A stretch of 64,000 nt of DNA from Octopus sinensis (Eukaryota), in NCBI RefSeq assembly GCF_006345805.1, contig NC_043015.1, forward strand, positions 434,001 to 498,000, in the 5' to 3' direction. The position numbers and the translations under genes are program-made. The stretch's first letter is position 1, and the number at the start of each line of letters is the position of its first letter. The notes below the pieces were generated by a model that saw only the letters and a list, made by a program, of their open reading frames with translations, was not told the DNA's origin and did no database searches. Shown here in pieces: positions 51,587-64,000 of this stretch.

Positions 51587-52193
51587 TAGATAGATAAAGA
51601 GACACATAATTAGATAGATAGACAAATAGGTAGATAGATAGATAGCTAGCTAGCTAGCTAGCTAGATAGATAGATAGATAGATAGATAGATGGATGTGGT
51701 CACTTTTAATCAGAAGCCGGATATAGGGAATCAGTGGCACCCAGCAACTAAACCTTCCCTAATCCTTGCCAGCCACTCCCGTAAACAGCTTTTAAGAGTG
51801 AATCATTTAATTCCATTATAATTAGCTATCGAATGACACCCAACGGAGAGAGAACTCACTTGCCATTAACTTGTACTGAATCTATATCTATTTCAGAAAC
51901 AGGTATTCCTTTCATAAATGCATAAGTATATATGTGTGTGAGTGCTTGTGTGTGCTTTAGTGTGTGTTTGTGTGTGTGTGTCAATGTGTGTGTATGTATG
52001 TGTGTTGTAAAACTTAGATACATAGTTTTCGGTCATTATTGACACAGACTTAATATTAATACCTAGGCAACATATTTATATAAATGCACATACATATATA
52101 TGTATGTACATTTATAAATGCATGCGTCCATATTTGTATAATTATGTATGTATATAAATATATATATTCTGCAGTCTATCTAACTATCTATAG

Positions 52194-52225
<32 letters not shown>

Positions 52226-52236
52226 TTTTTTTCTCT

Positions 52237-52555
52237 CACTCCGCCGGTTACGACGACGAGGGTCCCAGCTGATACGATCAACGGAACAGCTTGCTCGTGA
52301 AATTAACGTGCAAATGGCTGAGCATTCCACAGACACGTGTACCCTTAACGTAGTTCTCGGGGATAATCAGCGTGACACAGAGAGTGACAAGGCTGACCCT
52401 TTGAAATACAAGTACAACTCATTTTTGCCAGCTGAGTGGACTGGAGCAACGTGAAATAAAGTGTCTTGCTCAAGGACACAACGCGTCGCCGGGAATCGAA
52501 CTCACAACCTTACGATCATGAGCCGAATGCCCTAACCACTAAGCCACGCGCCCTC
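52237..52555 (-). mobile_element. Family K SINE, full length
   Basis: Reverse complement reads GGGCGCGTGGCTTAGTGGTTAGGG...GAGTTCGATTCCCGG...GTTGTGTCCTTGAGCAAGACACTTTA. Confidence 0.88.
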
Positions 52556-52559
52556 ACTC

Positions 52560-52770
<211 letters not shown>

Positions 52771-53371
52771 ATACAAAGGAAAAATGAAAAATACAAAGAA
52801 TAAAAGAGTCGTACAAAAAATTATATATATATATATATCTTACATATAAAAGACCAAAGTGTACGTACACCGCTATATTTTATATATAAAAAGTACAAAA
52901 GTGGGACAAGAACGCAAAGCGTTCAGAAAGACGATACAAGGATAACAAGGATGGGTCATTCGGCGTTTTCTATCCTCAGTCGAGTTCCAGATTATCTTTG
53001 CAATTTCGACTGGTTATACTCGAGATTGCTCCAATCTGGCCAGTCCCAAGGAAAAAAAAAGCTAAGAGTATTAGATTCCTTGGAAGAATGCATACGAAAA
53101 CAAGGACGGGAAAAACCAGAAAAATGTTACACAATACAAATGCAATTAACAGGACATAACAACAGGTGTCTTTCGACTAAGGACGAATATATATCATTGT
53201 ACATAAACCTATATCGGTCTGTCTGTCTTTCTCTCCCTCTCTTTTTCTCTCTATCTCTCTTTCTCTGTCTCTGACTCTCTCTCTCTCTCGTTCTTTCTCT
53301 CTCTCTCTACACACACACACGTAGCTATAAATCTATTTATAGATATACAGAAGTAGCTATAAATCTATTAA

Positions 53372-53818
53372 TCTTTTATTTGTTTCAGTGAGTTGACTGC
53401 AGCTGGGGCACGGGCTTCAAGAATTTTAGTCGAGTGAATTGATCACTGGACATTTTGTTAAACTTGACACTTATTCTATACGTATATTTTGCCGAACTGC
53501 TAAGTTACGAGGACGTCAGCACATCAACAATGCTTATCAAGATTTGGTGGGCGGACAAACACTGACACAACGAGAGATCTATACACAACACACACAAACA
53601 CACAAACACACACACAAGCACAAACACATACACACACACGTAAACACACATGCATAAACACAACATACACACACACACATATACACTACCAACTCACAAG
53701 ACTTTGGTCGTCCAAGGTTACAGTAGAATACACTTGACGAAGGTGCCACGCAGTGAGACTGAACCCGGTACCATGTGGTTGGGAAGCAAACTTCTTACCA
53801 CAGAACCACACCTACGTC
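53372..53818 (-). mobile_element. Family C SINE, full length, (CA)n core
   Basis: Reverse complement homologous to 50240-50685. Confidence 0.82.
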
Positions 53819-54319
53819 TATTTATTTAATTTTTATTTATTTATTTATTTATTTATTTTTATTTATTGATTTATTCATTTATTTTTTACATGACTGACGT
53901 AGGTTTTAGGAAATTGCGTGTAATACTGGGTAACACTTCCTGTATTTTGATGAGCTTCTGAACATAGTCGCCATCACCACGTTGCTCTTTCGCTTGGACC
54001 AAACAGACTGTAGTAAGAGGATGCCTCATTCAAGTCCTACTGCGGATCGGTAATAATTAAACACAGCAATTTTACGAATGATTGCTTTGATACCAAATAC
54101 ATATGTGGCCATTGCATTGAATTCACGGTGAATTCAGATCCTTTTCAGACTCTCATCCGCTTTCTTTCTCCAGATAGTTTCTCGATGAAATGCTCGCTGT
54201 TAATAGCACAAACATGTTCCAGTATGAAAAGGTATAATGATACACTTCTATGAAATTCAATCACCATGACTTTCCGAGCTTATCGATGTCCTCTTAATTT
54301 CTTAGGCCTTCGAGTAAAC

Positions 54320-54734
54320 AAGGCGGCGAGCTGGCAGAAACGTTAGAACGCCGGGCGAAATGCTTAGCGGTATTTCGTCTGCGTTACGTTGTGAGTTCAA
54401 ATTCCGCCGAGGTCGACTTTGCCTTTCATCCTTTCGGGGTCGATAAATTAAGTACCAGTTACGCACTGGGGTCGATGTAATCGACTTAATACCTATGTCT
54501 GTCCTTGTTTGTCCCCTCTGTGTTTAGCCCCTTGTGGGTAATAAAGAAATAGGTATTTCGTCTGCGTTACTTTGTGAGTTCAAATTCCGCCGAGGTCGAC
54601 TTTGCCTTTCATCCTTTCGGGGTCGATAAATTAAGTACCAGTTACGCACTGGGGTCGATGTAATCGACTTAATACCTATGTCTGTCCTTGTTTGTCCGCT
54701 CTGTGTTTGGCCTCTTGTGGGTAATAAAGAAATA
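54320..54734 (+). mobile_element. Family M SINE: head plus two tail-A bodies
   Basis: Bodies start at 54369 and 54552. Confidence 0.9.
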
Positions 54735-54965
54735 AGTATTATAGTAAATACACTGCATGGAGTGGAACATCGTTTACGCATCATAGCAAATACGACCAGG
54801 TTTTCTTGCTCCACACCAGATCAGAAAAAAAAAAAAAAGTGTCCCCAAAGACTTGAAACGCTTGCTGGAGATCCTTCAATGTCACTTGCTTATGTACACA
54901 CAATTTCCTACGTCAAAAGTCTTCCATCTTCTGCAACGCATGTGTTAATATTTTAGTTTTGAAAT

Positions 54966-55165
54966 GCAGCGAGCTGGCAGAGCCGGGCGAAATGCTTAGC
55001 AGTATTTCGCCCGTCGCAACGTTCTGAGTTCAAATTCCGCCGAGGTCGGCTTTGCTTTTCATCCTTTCGGGGTCGATAAATTAAGTACCAGTTGCGTACT
55101 GGGGTTCATCTAATTGACTAGCCCCATCCCCAAGAACTTCAGCATTGTGCCTAGAGTAGAAAATA
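54966..55165 (+). mobile_element. Family M SINE with tail B
   Basis: Meta-like centre and a ...TTGTGCCTAGAGTAGAAA tail. Confidence 0.8.
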
Positions 55166-55338
55166 ATATTTTTGTTTTCAGCAAGTTCACACATATTCGC
55201 CAGCGATTCCTGTCAGATATTGCTGTAGATAGTCTTCCATCGAATGGTTGCCCGACATTTCTGGTTCCCTCTTACTTAAACTTCATCCATATGAGCACAT
55301 TGCTTTTTGTTAGTGGTATCATATCCGTAAATATCCTG

Positions 55339-55465
55339 TCCACTCACAAGGCTTTGGTGGGCCAGAGGCTATGATAGAAGACACTTGCCCAAGGTGCCAC
55401 GCAGTGGAACAGAGCCCGGAAACATGAGATTGATAAGCTAGCTTCTGACCACACAGTCACGCTTC
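55339..55465 (-). mobile_element. Family C SINE 5' part
   Basis: ACACTTGCCCAAGGTGCCACGCAGTGG is the reverse complement of the CORE-like motif. Confidence 0.75.
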
Positions 55466-55491
55466 TCTCTCTCTCTCTCTCTCTCTCTCTT

Positions 55492-55522
<31 letters not shown>

Positions 55523-56247
55523 ATATGTATGTACAGGTGGTGTTCATGACTACAAACATTTGATGAGCGACCTTGTTCGGAGCTGATCTGAAAAAAAAAA
55601 AGAACAACAGCTAGCAACATATTTGAAGATGCTTTATATGGAATTATGGGTAGAAGTCATGATATTAACGTTAAGTAACACACAAACACACAAAATCGCG
55701 TTTAAAAATTGGACACATAATCTTCATAGAATAACGGTAGAGTCATAAATGGAATAACTGCCCTCAAAAGACAATTATATTGGTAATACTTTGTATCTGA
55801 ACGGGAGCAACGTCTGCTTAGAATCTATGATAACAATAAATTTAAACAATTGGTTCACCGAAACTTAAGTCTCTGTATAATAGGCTTTCATTTCTAGAGT
55901 GGCAAACACAAATTTATAGAAAGGAACGGAGAAATTGATAATATAATGTTAGTGTGAGAAGTGTGCCAAGTAAACACAGAACGAGAAGTAAAGAATAGTT
56001 GAGTGTTTGTCACTTTGAAATCAAAAGTGAGAAGGTATTTTTACACCAGGTGTCAGTCGAGTAATGCTGTAGTAAATTTACGCTGCGTAACATGAGACTG
56101 AAGAAGTCGTAGACGAGAATATAGATTACCTGCTGGGCTCTCTCGGTTAACGAGTCACTTGAGCGTCTTTACACAATCTCACAAGACCTGCCTTGTTTGC
56201 ATGACTCAGGATGTGGATATTTTAATTCCGATTACTTCAGGTGTTTA

Positions 56248-56249
<2 letters not shown>

Positions 56250-56293
<44 letters not shown>

Positions 56294-56334
56294 TATATAT
56301 AATATATATATATATATATAATATATATATATAT

Positions 56335-56418
<84 letters not shown>

Positions 56419-56475
56419 ATGTATGTATGTATATATATATATATGTATGTATGTATGTATATATATTATATATAT
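56250..56475. repeat. (TA)n microsatellite
   Basis: Directly visible. Confidence 0.95.
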
Positions 56476-57141
56476 GGGAAGATTCTTTGTTGTATGTCTC
56501 GTTTCTTCTCTGTTTTTTCGTTGTTCGAAAATTGTTCGTTTCTATGCTTTTGTTTTTGTTTCCGTATCGCATTGTGTTCAACATTTATTTGATGTCCTGT
56601 ACCCATATAAGCATGTATATATACATATATATATGTAGGTATGTACATATATGTATGTATATACGCATATATTTATATATTATTTATATTATTATATGAT
56701 CGAACACCACGCATCCTTTTCCAAGTATACATATATACATACATACATACATGCAAGCACATGTATATATACGTGCCTCGATGTATATGTGTGTGTGTAT
56801 GTGTACAATAACGTGTGCATATATAAATGTATATATGTGTCTAAATACACACTCCCACACAATACAAATAACCACGCGCGTACTCACACACATACGCACA
56901 CGCATGTATGTATGTTATGGTGCCTATATCAATGTAATTTTATGTTTGTTCATATGCATGCACGTATGTACAGAACTATATAAAATTATATAGGTATGTA
57001 GATATGAAAGTAGACGCGTGTGAGGTTTAACAGTACATTTTCAGATCACCTAAGCGAAATATTCAATCAGGTAAAATGTACAATGACACAACAGGTAGCC
57101 GGCGCATTGGATTTTTATTATTATATCTATGTTAATTAAGT

Positions 57142-57335
57142 GGAGGCGCAGTAGCCCAGTGGTTAGGGCAGTGGGCACGCGGCCATAGGATCGCGGTTTC
57201 GATCCCCAGACCGGGAGTTGTGAGTGTTTATTAAACAAAAACACCTAAGGATCCACGAGGCTCCGCCAAGGGGTGGTGGCGACCCCTGCCGTACTCTTTC
57301 GCCACAACTTTCTCTCCCTCTTTCTTCACGTTTCT
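57142..57335 (+). mobile_element. Family R-related SINE, 3' truncated
   Basis: Homologous to the reverse complement of the triplicated SINE at 25941-27099. Confidence 0.8.
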
Positions 57336-57500
57336 GTTGTTACTATATTTCCAATGGCCAGCGTTGTCACGCTGCATCTCCCTGAGATCTATGTTATATA
57401 TTCTGTATATGTACGTTTACCATTATTTTATCTCCGATGTTGAAGTGTTTGCGATTACTCATTGTTCGCAGCGGTTTTCTCTATCTATAGATACCCATAC

Positions 57501-57657
57501 ACGACGGGCTTCTTTCACTTTCCATCTACCAAATTCACTCACAAGGGTTTGGTCAGCCCGAGGCTATAGTTGAAGACACTTGACCAAGGTGCCCCGCAGT
57601 AGGACTGAATCTGGAACCATGTGGTTGGGAAGCAAGCTTCTTACCACACAGCCACTT
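57501..57657 (-). mobile_element. Family C SINE 5' half
   Basis: Reverse complement of head and core. Confidence 0.8.
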
Positions 57658-58185
57658 CATGATTTTCCTTGTAACTTCGGAATTTCAAAGATGTGATTGA
57701 TTATTTTCAGAATGACATTGTAGATTATATGTGAAAGGTCAGATCTGCCCAGCCGGTTTTCACATAAACAGGTGGAATCTTTGGACCTGATATGGATGGT
57801 TTAAATCCTAAAGAGTTAATTAAGATCAGCGGATTAACCAGATACTTAAAAAGGTGATAAGTGGACGCGATAATTATAGTCATCAAACAATCAAAGATCA
57901 TCCTCTCTAGTTAGCATGCATATATTCATGCTAAGTATGTATATGTATATGCATGTACTTGCACGTGCATACATAAGTGCATATACATAGTACACATGCA
58001 TGTATGTGTGTATGCACGCACGCGCGCAATTATTTAACTCGGGTAAGTAAATGTATCTATATATAGCTAAAATAATGTCAACGCTTTAGGAATCATGTCT
58101 TTTTGCCCAATTAAATATCTCATATTTCACCCTACATCCTACAGCAAACTTAATTTTGGAATACGTACACGTGCGCACATTCAAG

Positions 58186-58270
<85 letters not shown>

Positions 58271-58316
58271 ATGCCAGGCTGTCTGTCTGTCTGTCTGATT
58301 GTCTGTCCATCCATCC

Positions 58317-58381
<65 letters not shown>

Positions 58382-58385
58382 CCAA

Positions 58386-58434
<49 letters not shown>

Positions 58435-58490
58435 ATGTCTGTCTGTCTGTCTATCAATCTGTCTATCTATCAACCAATCTCTCTCCCTAT
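58186..58490. repeat. (TATC)n/(TGTC)n tetranucleotide tract
   Basis: Directly visible. Confidence 0.97.
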
Positions 58491-58816
58491 ATATGTTTGT
58501 GTGAGCTTGTATTTAAAGCACTATGTGTGCGTGTGTGAGTGTGTGTATGTGTGCAAGTGCGTATGGCAAACCGAACGATTAAAGTGCGTGTTCAGGTGTC
58601 TATGTGTGTTACACATGCACGTAAGCTTATACGTTTTTGTGTATATCAGTTTCCGAACGAGATTTAGGTGATATAATACTTTTGAAAGATCATTAACTGA
58701 TAGGGCACTCAACTAGTATTGTAAAGTACTAAATACGTCGTCTTTTATGCATGTTTACACGGTGTATATAAAGTGTACGTCGATATATACATATATAAAC
58801 ATACATACATTCACAC

Positions 58817-58854
<38 letters not shown>

Positions 58855-59635
58855 CAACATATACATGCATATATATGTTGCGTATAGATGTGATATTTAA
58901 GTACAAACGAATGCATATATTTCAAAACAATTCCAGTGAATGGAGTCTGTTCGTAAGGTTACAGTTAGGCAATCATACAGAAACATACAAACACATAAAA
59001 AACGCATACAAACATATTAAAAAAACGCATACACACTGCTAGACTTAATTTTCCTTCTTTTCTCTGTCAGTCAGATACAGAAATATGAAATGAGTTACCA
59101 GATACCACTGACTTTGCATATATTTATTTAGAAAAATTTCAAATGATGCAAATATATTTTTTGTTTCAAACTGTTTCTCTCTTATTTATTTTTTCTCTTC
59201 TACTCCAAATCTATTAGCCCTTTTCCCCTCTGTCTTGCCTTCGCTCTCTTTTCTTTCTCTTTCTCTCTCTCTCTCTCCTTCACTCACTCTGATATTTTCC
59301 ACATTTATTACCCTTCTATCTGCACATTTATATATATATATATATATATGTTCATATGTCGGATATAAAAATGCAGATTGAAAACGAAAAAATAGAATGT
59401 AGTACGCTGGCAATAAGTAAAGGTTATACATGCACATACAGTATACTTCGAAAATAAAGTAGATACATACATACACACACACAATTTAAAACTGAAAATG
59501 TTCATATGCAAAATATATCAAAAAATTAAAATTAAATATAAATAACAATAAAACTTCAATAATAAAAACAGAGAAATGGAACAAAGAAACAAGATGGAGA
59601 AATCAATATTCATTCATCTTGATTTGCTTTTTATG

Positions 59636-59713
<78 letters not shown>

Positions 59714-59989
59714 AGAAAACCAGATTGTTTGCAAGGTCTATTTTCACGAATATACTTATACACATACATATGGCACTTGCATATTTATATGTTATTCATA
59801 AATAATATATAATTATCTTATTTTCTTTTCAAATATATTTTAAATTTTAAAATGTATTCATTAGATATTTTTTGGACTACTTTCAATTCATATACGTAAC
59901 ATACATGAAAGTCCCTAGTATACATTCTTTTAAAATTCATTATATACTACATATTTAACGCATCATATAGTGGTTTTTTAATTCATATG

Positions 59990-60063
59990 ATCATGAATAA
60001 TATATATGCATATATTATATGTATGTTTATATATATAATATTTATATATATAGATATATTTAT

Positions 60064-60107
<44 letters not shown>

Positions 60108-60171
60108 GCATTATATATATATATGCATTAATATATATACATATATATATATATATACATTATAACATATA

Positions 60172-60217
<46 letters not shown>

Positions 60218-60232
60218 TATATATATAATTGA

Positions 60233-60288
<56 letters not shown>

Positions 60289-60491
60289 AATACATACATA
60301 CACACATACATATATGCATATATATATAATTATCAATTCCCAATTAGAGAGATTCAAATCCTTTTCTCTATATCTTCATCCTAAACAACATCGGGAAAAG
60401 ACCTGAAATGTTCAACTGAATTACTAAACTAATGAAAATGATTATATAAAATAAATAAAAAAACAATGCAATCACTGAGATGAGATTCTAC

Positions 60492-60535
<44 letters not shown>

Positions 60536-60871
60536 TATATATATATATAAAAAAAAATGTCATCAGCTATAATAAAAACAGTAGAATAACCTACATAAGA
60601 ACGAAATAAATTAAATGTCAATATTAAGAAAAATGATATCATTGAATTTTATGTGTGTGTTTGTGTGTATAAAATGATATGCGGTTTGGCTGACGATATG
60701 AGTTCAAATGATTTTTTTCGTCTGACGATAATCTCACACTTACACGTACAAACACAATTAAATACACAAATAGATACGTGGAAACATAAGCAGGCAAAGA
60801 CGTACGTAGGAGGATTCTAAATTAAATTTGCGAATATTCAGAACTCTGTTATCATGATCATCGTCGTCATG

Positions 60872-60924
<53 letters not shown>

Positions 60925-61027
60925 GCATTTCTGTTTTTTTTTTTTCTGTTTGTAGTTTTTCGTTATTTGATGGCATGCACTGCTCTCATAATAATAATAA
61001 TAAAAAAAAAAAATAATAATAATAATA

Positions 61028-61087
<60 letters not shown>

Positions 61088-61111
61088 GTGATGATGATGG
61101 TGATGATGATG

Positions 61112-61148
<37 letters not shown>

Positions 61149-61200
61149 TAATAATAATAATATTAATAATAATAATAATAATAAGAAGAAGAATTAGAAG
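59990..61200. repeat. (TA)n, (CAT)n, (AAT)n and (GAT)n microsatellite cluster
   Basis: Directly visible at about 59990-60335, 60495-60550 and 60850-61200. Confidence 0.93.
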
Positions 61201-62355
61201 AAGAAAAATGCCCTGATGCAGTACCAGACACTGGCTCTCATGGCTTCTGATCTCAACTGATTGGAAGTGTTACATGTACACTGTTTTGTCTTGGTATAAA
61301 AGATGGGCTACAGAAAATATTTTCAATACAACAGATTTGCTTGCCAGTTGTTTGACCTTAACCAGTTGACCATGTCCCTTAGTAGCTGACGAATTCTTGG
61401 AGGTTTGGATAATTCACCTTTGGAAACATGGGTGTTTTGTTCAACATCGTTAATCCTTATTTTGCGACCTTTTGAGCGGGATGGGCTACCCGACCAGAAG
61501 AAAATTCTAACTGGACCCCACCTGCAAGGTCATGCGCTGTTTATCTTGATATGAGATCTAGGCAAATATTTCAATGGGTAAAATCAATGCGAATTTAATC
61601 ACTAAGGTGTAAAGTAACCACAGAAAGAATAAAAGCATGTTAGTTAATGCTTACTTTCCCGTAACCATAGCAAAACTTACCTTCAAAGTGCAAAAAGTAC
61701 CACAAATACAATCGGACATTCTTTCCTAGATATTCCGGTATAATTGCATGAGATTTCACCCCTATAAGTAGTGTCGTGTACTGCACTCTCACATGTTCCA
61801 GTCGCTTAAACTTCAATCGTTTTATACATTTGGAAGTTCATTGGCAATATAATGTGTGCGATATTTGTTAGTAACGCATTTTAATGTAAAAAATAATGTT
61901 TAATGTAACGTAACAATTGGGAAAAGAAAAAATGTATCCTGAATGACATCCTATTACGAGAGCGATACGATTTTCTCTCCTAACAAATAGCTATAAATGC
62001 ATCGGTTTTCGTTCCGGCAAGTGGTATTGAGTTCTGCACTTTGACATGTTCTCAAATCGTTTAATCTTCAAGCGTTTTCTACATGTGGACGTTCATTGAT
62101 AGGCTAATGTGTGCCATATTTATTATTACTAGGCTAGTGACTGTCGAATCTTTTTTCGTTATCTGCACCATTCATATTATATTACAGTCTCGATTGTCAT
62201 TTTTTTTAAAACTCTAGATTACAGAGGATAAAATAAAAGGCATACATGTATGTATAAATAAATAAACCTATATATATATATATATATACGAATATATTAC
62301 GTGGGAAATTTTGACTATTGCTGCAGCCACCTGCAGTTACATCCAGAATAAGAGA

Positions 62356-62391
<36 letters not shown>

Positions 62392-62559
62392 ACTGTGAGA
62401 TACAAGAGAGGGTGAAGATTCTCCTTAAGGAGAAAGAACAGCATCAGAGTTTAAAAATAGTGGTGCTCTTATTTTCACTGTATTGATAGTGTTTTATGTA
62501 GGAGTGTGCTGTGCTTAGTAGTGCTATTTTCTAAGGCCTGGTGTTTTTCTTATGTATAT

Positions 62560-62590
62560 ATACATATATACATACATATACACAGGCATT

Positions 62591-62627
<37 letters not shown>

Positions 62628-62890
62628 GTATGTGTGTGAGTCTATAATATATATATAAGTGTATATGTATGTTATATGTATATATGTAACATATATATAT
62701 AATATATATTAAATATATATATATAATATACATATATACACACATATATATGTATATAAATATGTATATATATACACATATATATCTACCTATATATATG
62801 GATCTCTCTCTCTCTCTCCCTATATATTATACTACATGAATATAAAATTACTTTGTACGTACATATACAATATGTAAAAGTTAATATATA

Positions 62891-62921
<31 letters not shown>

Positions 62922-63462
62922 CGTATATTTATGTACGTGTATGCAAGTATCCATACACATAAAATACACACAGCCATACAATTATACATAATCATACACA
63001 TATCTATACAGTAATATACACAGATACACAGGCGAATCATTAATTTTTTTTAAATGATTCAAACGGCACGTGATGTAACAATATTTCCCTAGAGTACAGA
63101 GCAGCAAAAATGAATAGGTTTCACATAAAACGTATTAGATTCTAATAAGCATCTTCTTCTGTGTAACTTTGTAAAATAAAAGCAAATCTCTCCAAATAAG
63201 ATTAGGCGATTTGCAGTTGGAATAGCATTAATATTCCTTTGCGGTAATGCTAGCCTTTTTACTGCTCTTTTACCATTCTTTTAAATTTGTTCCGTATTTA
63301 TTTTCAAATGTTTTGAATTCTTTGTTTGCAATAAACGAGATCATGTACATGTTAGATGTGCGCATATCTGCTCATGAGAATAAATGTCTATATATATATC
63401 TATAAGTACTTATATACATAAACATACATACACTAATACCTACCTACATACATATATATATG

Positions 63463-63501
<39 letters not shown>

Positions 63502-63990
63502 CACACGCACACACACATATATATATATATGTGTATATATGTATATATTTACACACATATATATATATATATATATATACATACACACATACAGCATATA
63601 CATGCACACATACACACATACACACATACACACTTATAAATATAAATATATGGAGGTGGGGATGAAGGTATGTATGTATAGGTACGGATGTATAAACGAT
63701 TTATATATATAAGCTGAAAATGCACGGTTTCCATGTATTTTTCAAAGTATATAAGCGTATATATATGTGTGTATGCATCTGTAATTGTGTACGCCTGTGT
63801 ATATCTGAGTATACCTACATACATACATACATACATACATACATACATACATACATACATACATGCATACATATATATCTGTGTGTGTGTGTGTGTTTAT
63901 GTATGGAAAAGATGTGCATATACATACATATATATACACACACAGATGTATAGATGTATACACATACATAATTCTATGTGTGTAGTTTTA
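62560..63990. repeat. (TA)n/(CA)n/(TACA)n microsatellite cluster
   Basis: Directly visible, with short unique spacers. Confidence 0.9.
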
Positions 63991-64000
63991 GGTGTGGTGT

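Overview
Eukaryotic, very AT-rich, repeat-saturated genomic DNA with no confidently identifiable host gene. The SINE families and the density of (TA)n, (CA)n, (ATT)n and (CAT)n tracts resemble octopus DNA; this is recognition from memory, not a database result. Most ORFs in the track are translated microsatellites. The window holds at least four tRNA-derived SINE families and a decayed Penelope-like element (PLE, RT plus GIY-YIG, 24087-25524). It also holds a second PLE endonuclease fragment, RTE and CR1-like LINE fragments, two mariner fragments and a complete TA-flanked Tc1/mariner MITE. The most notable observations are: (1) a dispersed family of short elements headed by minimal type I hammerhead ribozyme motifs with a loopless palindromic helix III and a shared TGAGCGT box, with a consensus-perfect copy just upstream of the PLE; (2) a GC-rich 126-bp inverted repeat containing a G-quadruplex motif; (3) SINE arrays made of one head plus several ~184-bp bodies that mix two tail types at a fixed junction; (4) recent 163-bp and 441-bp tandem duplications; and (5) a few speculative minus-strand exon candidates.
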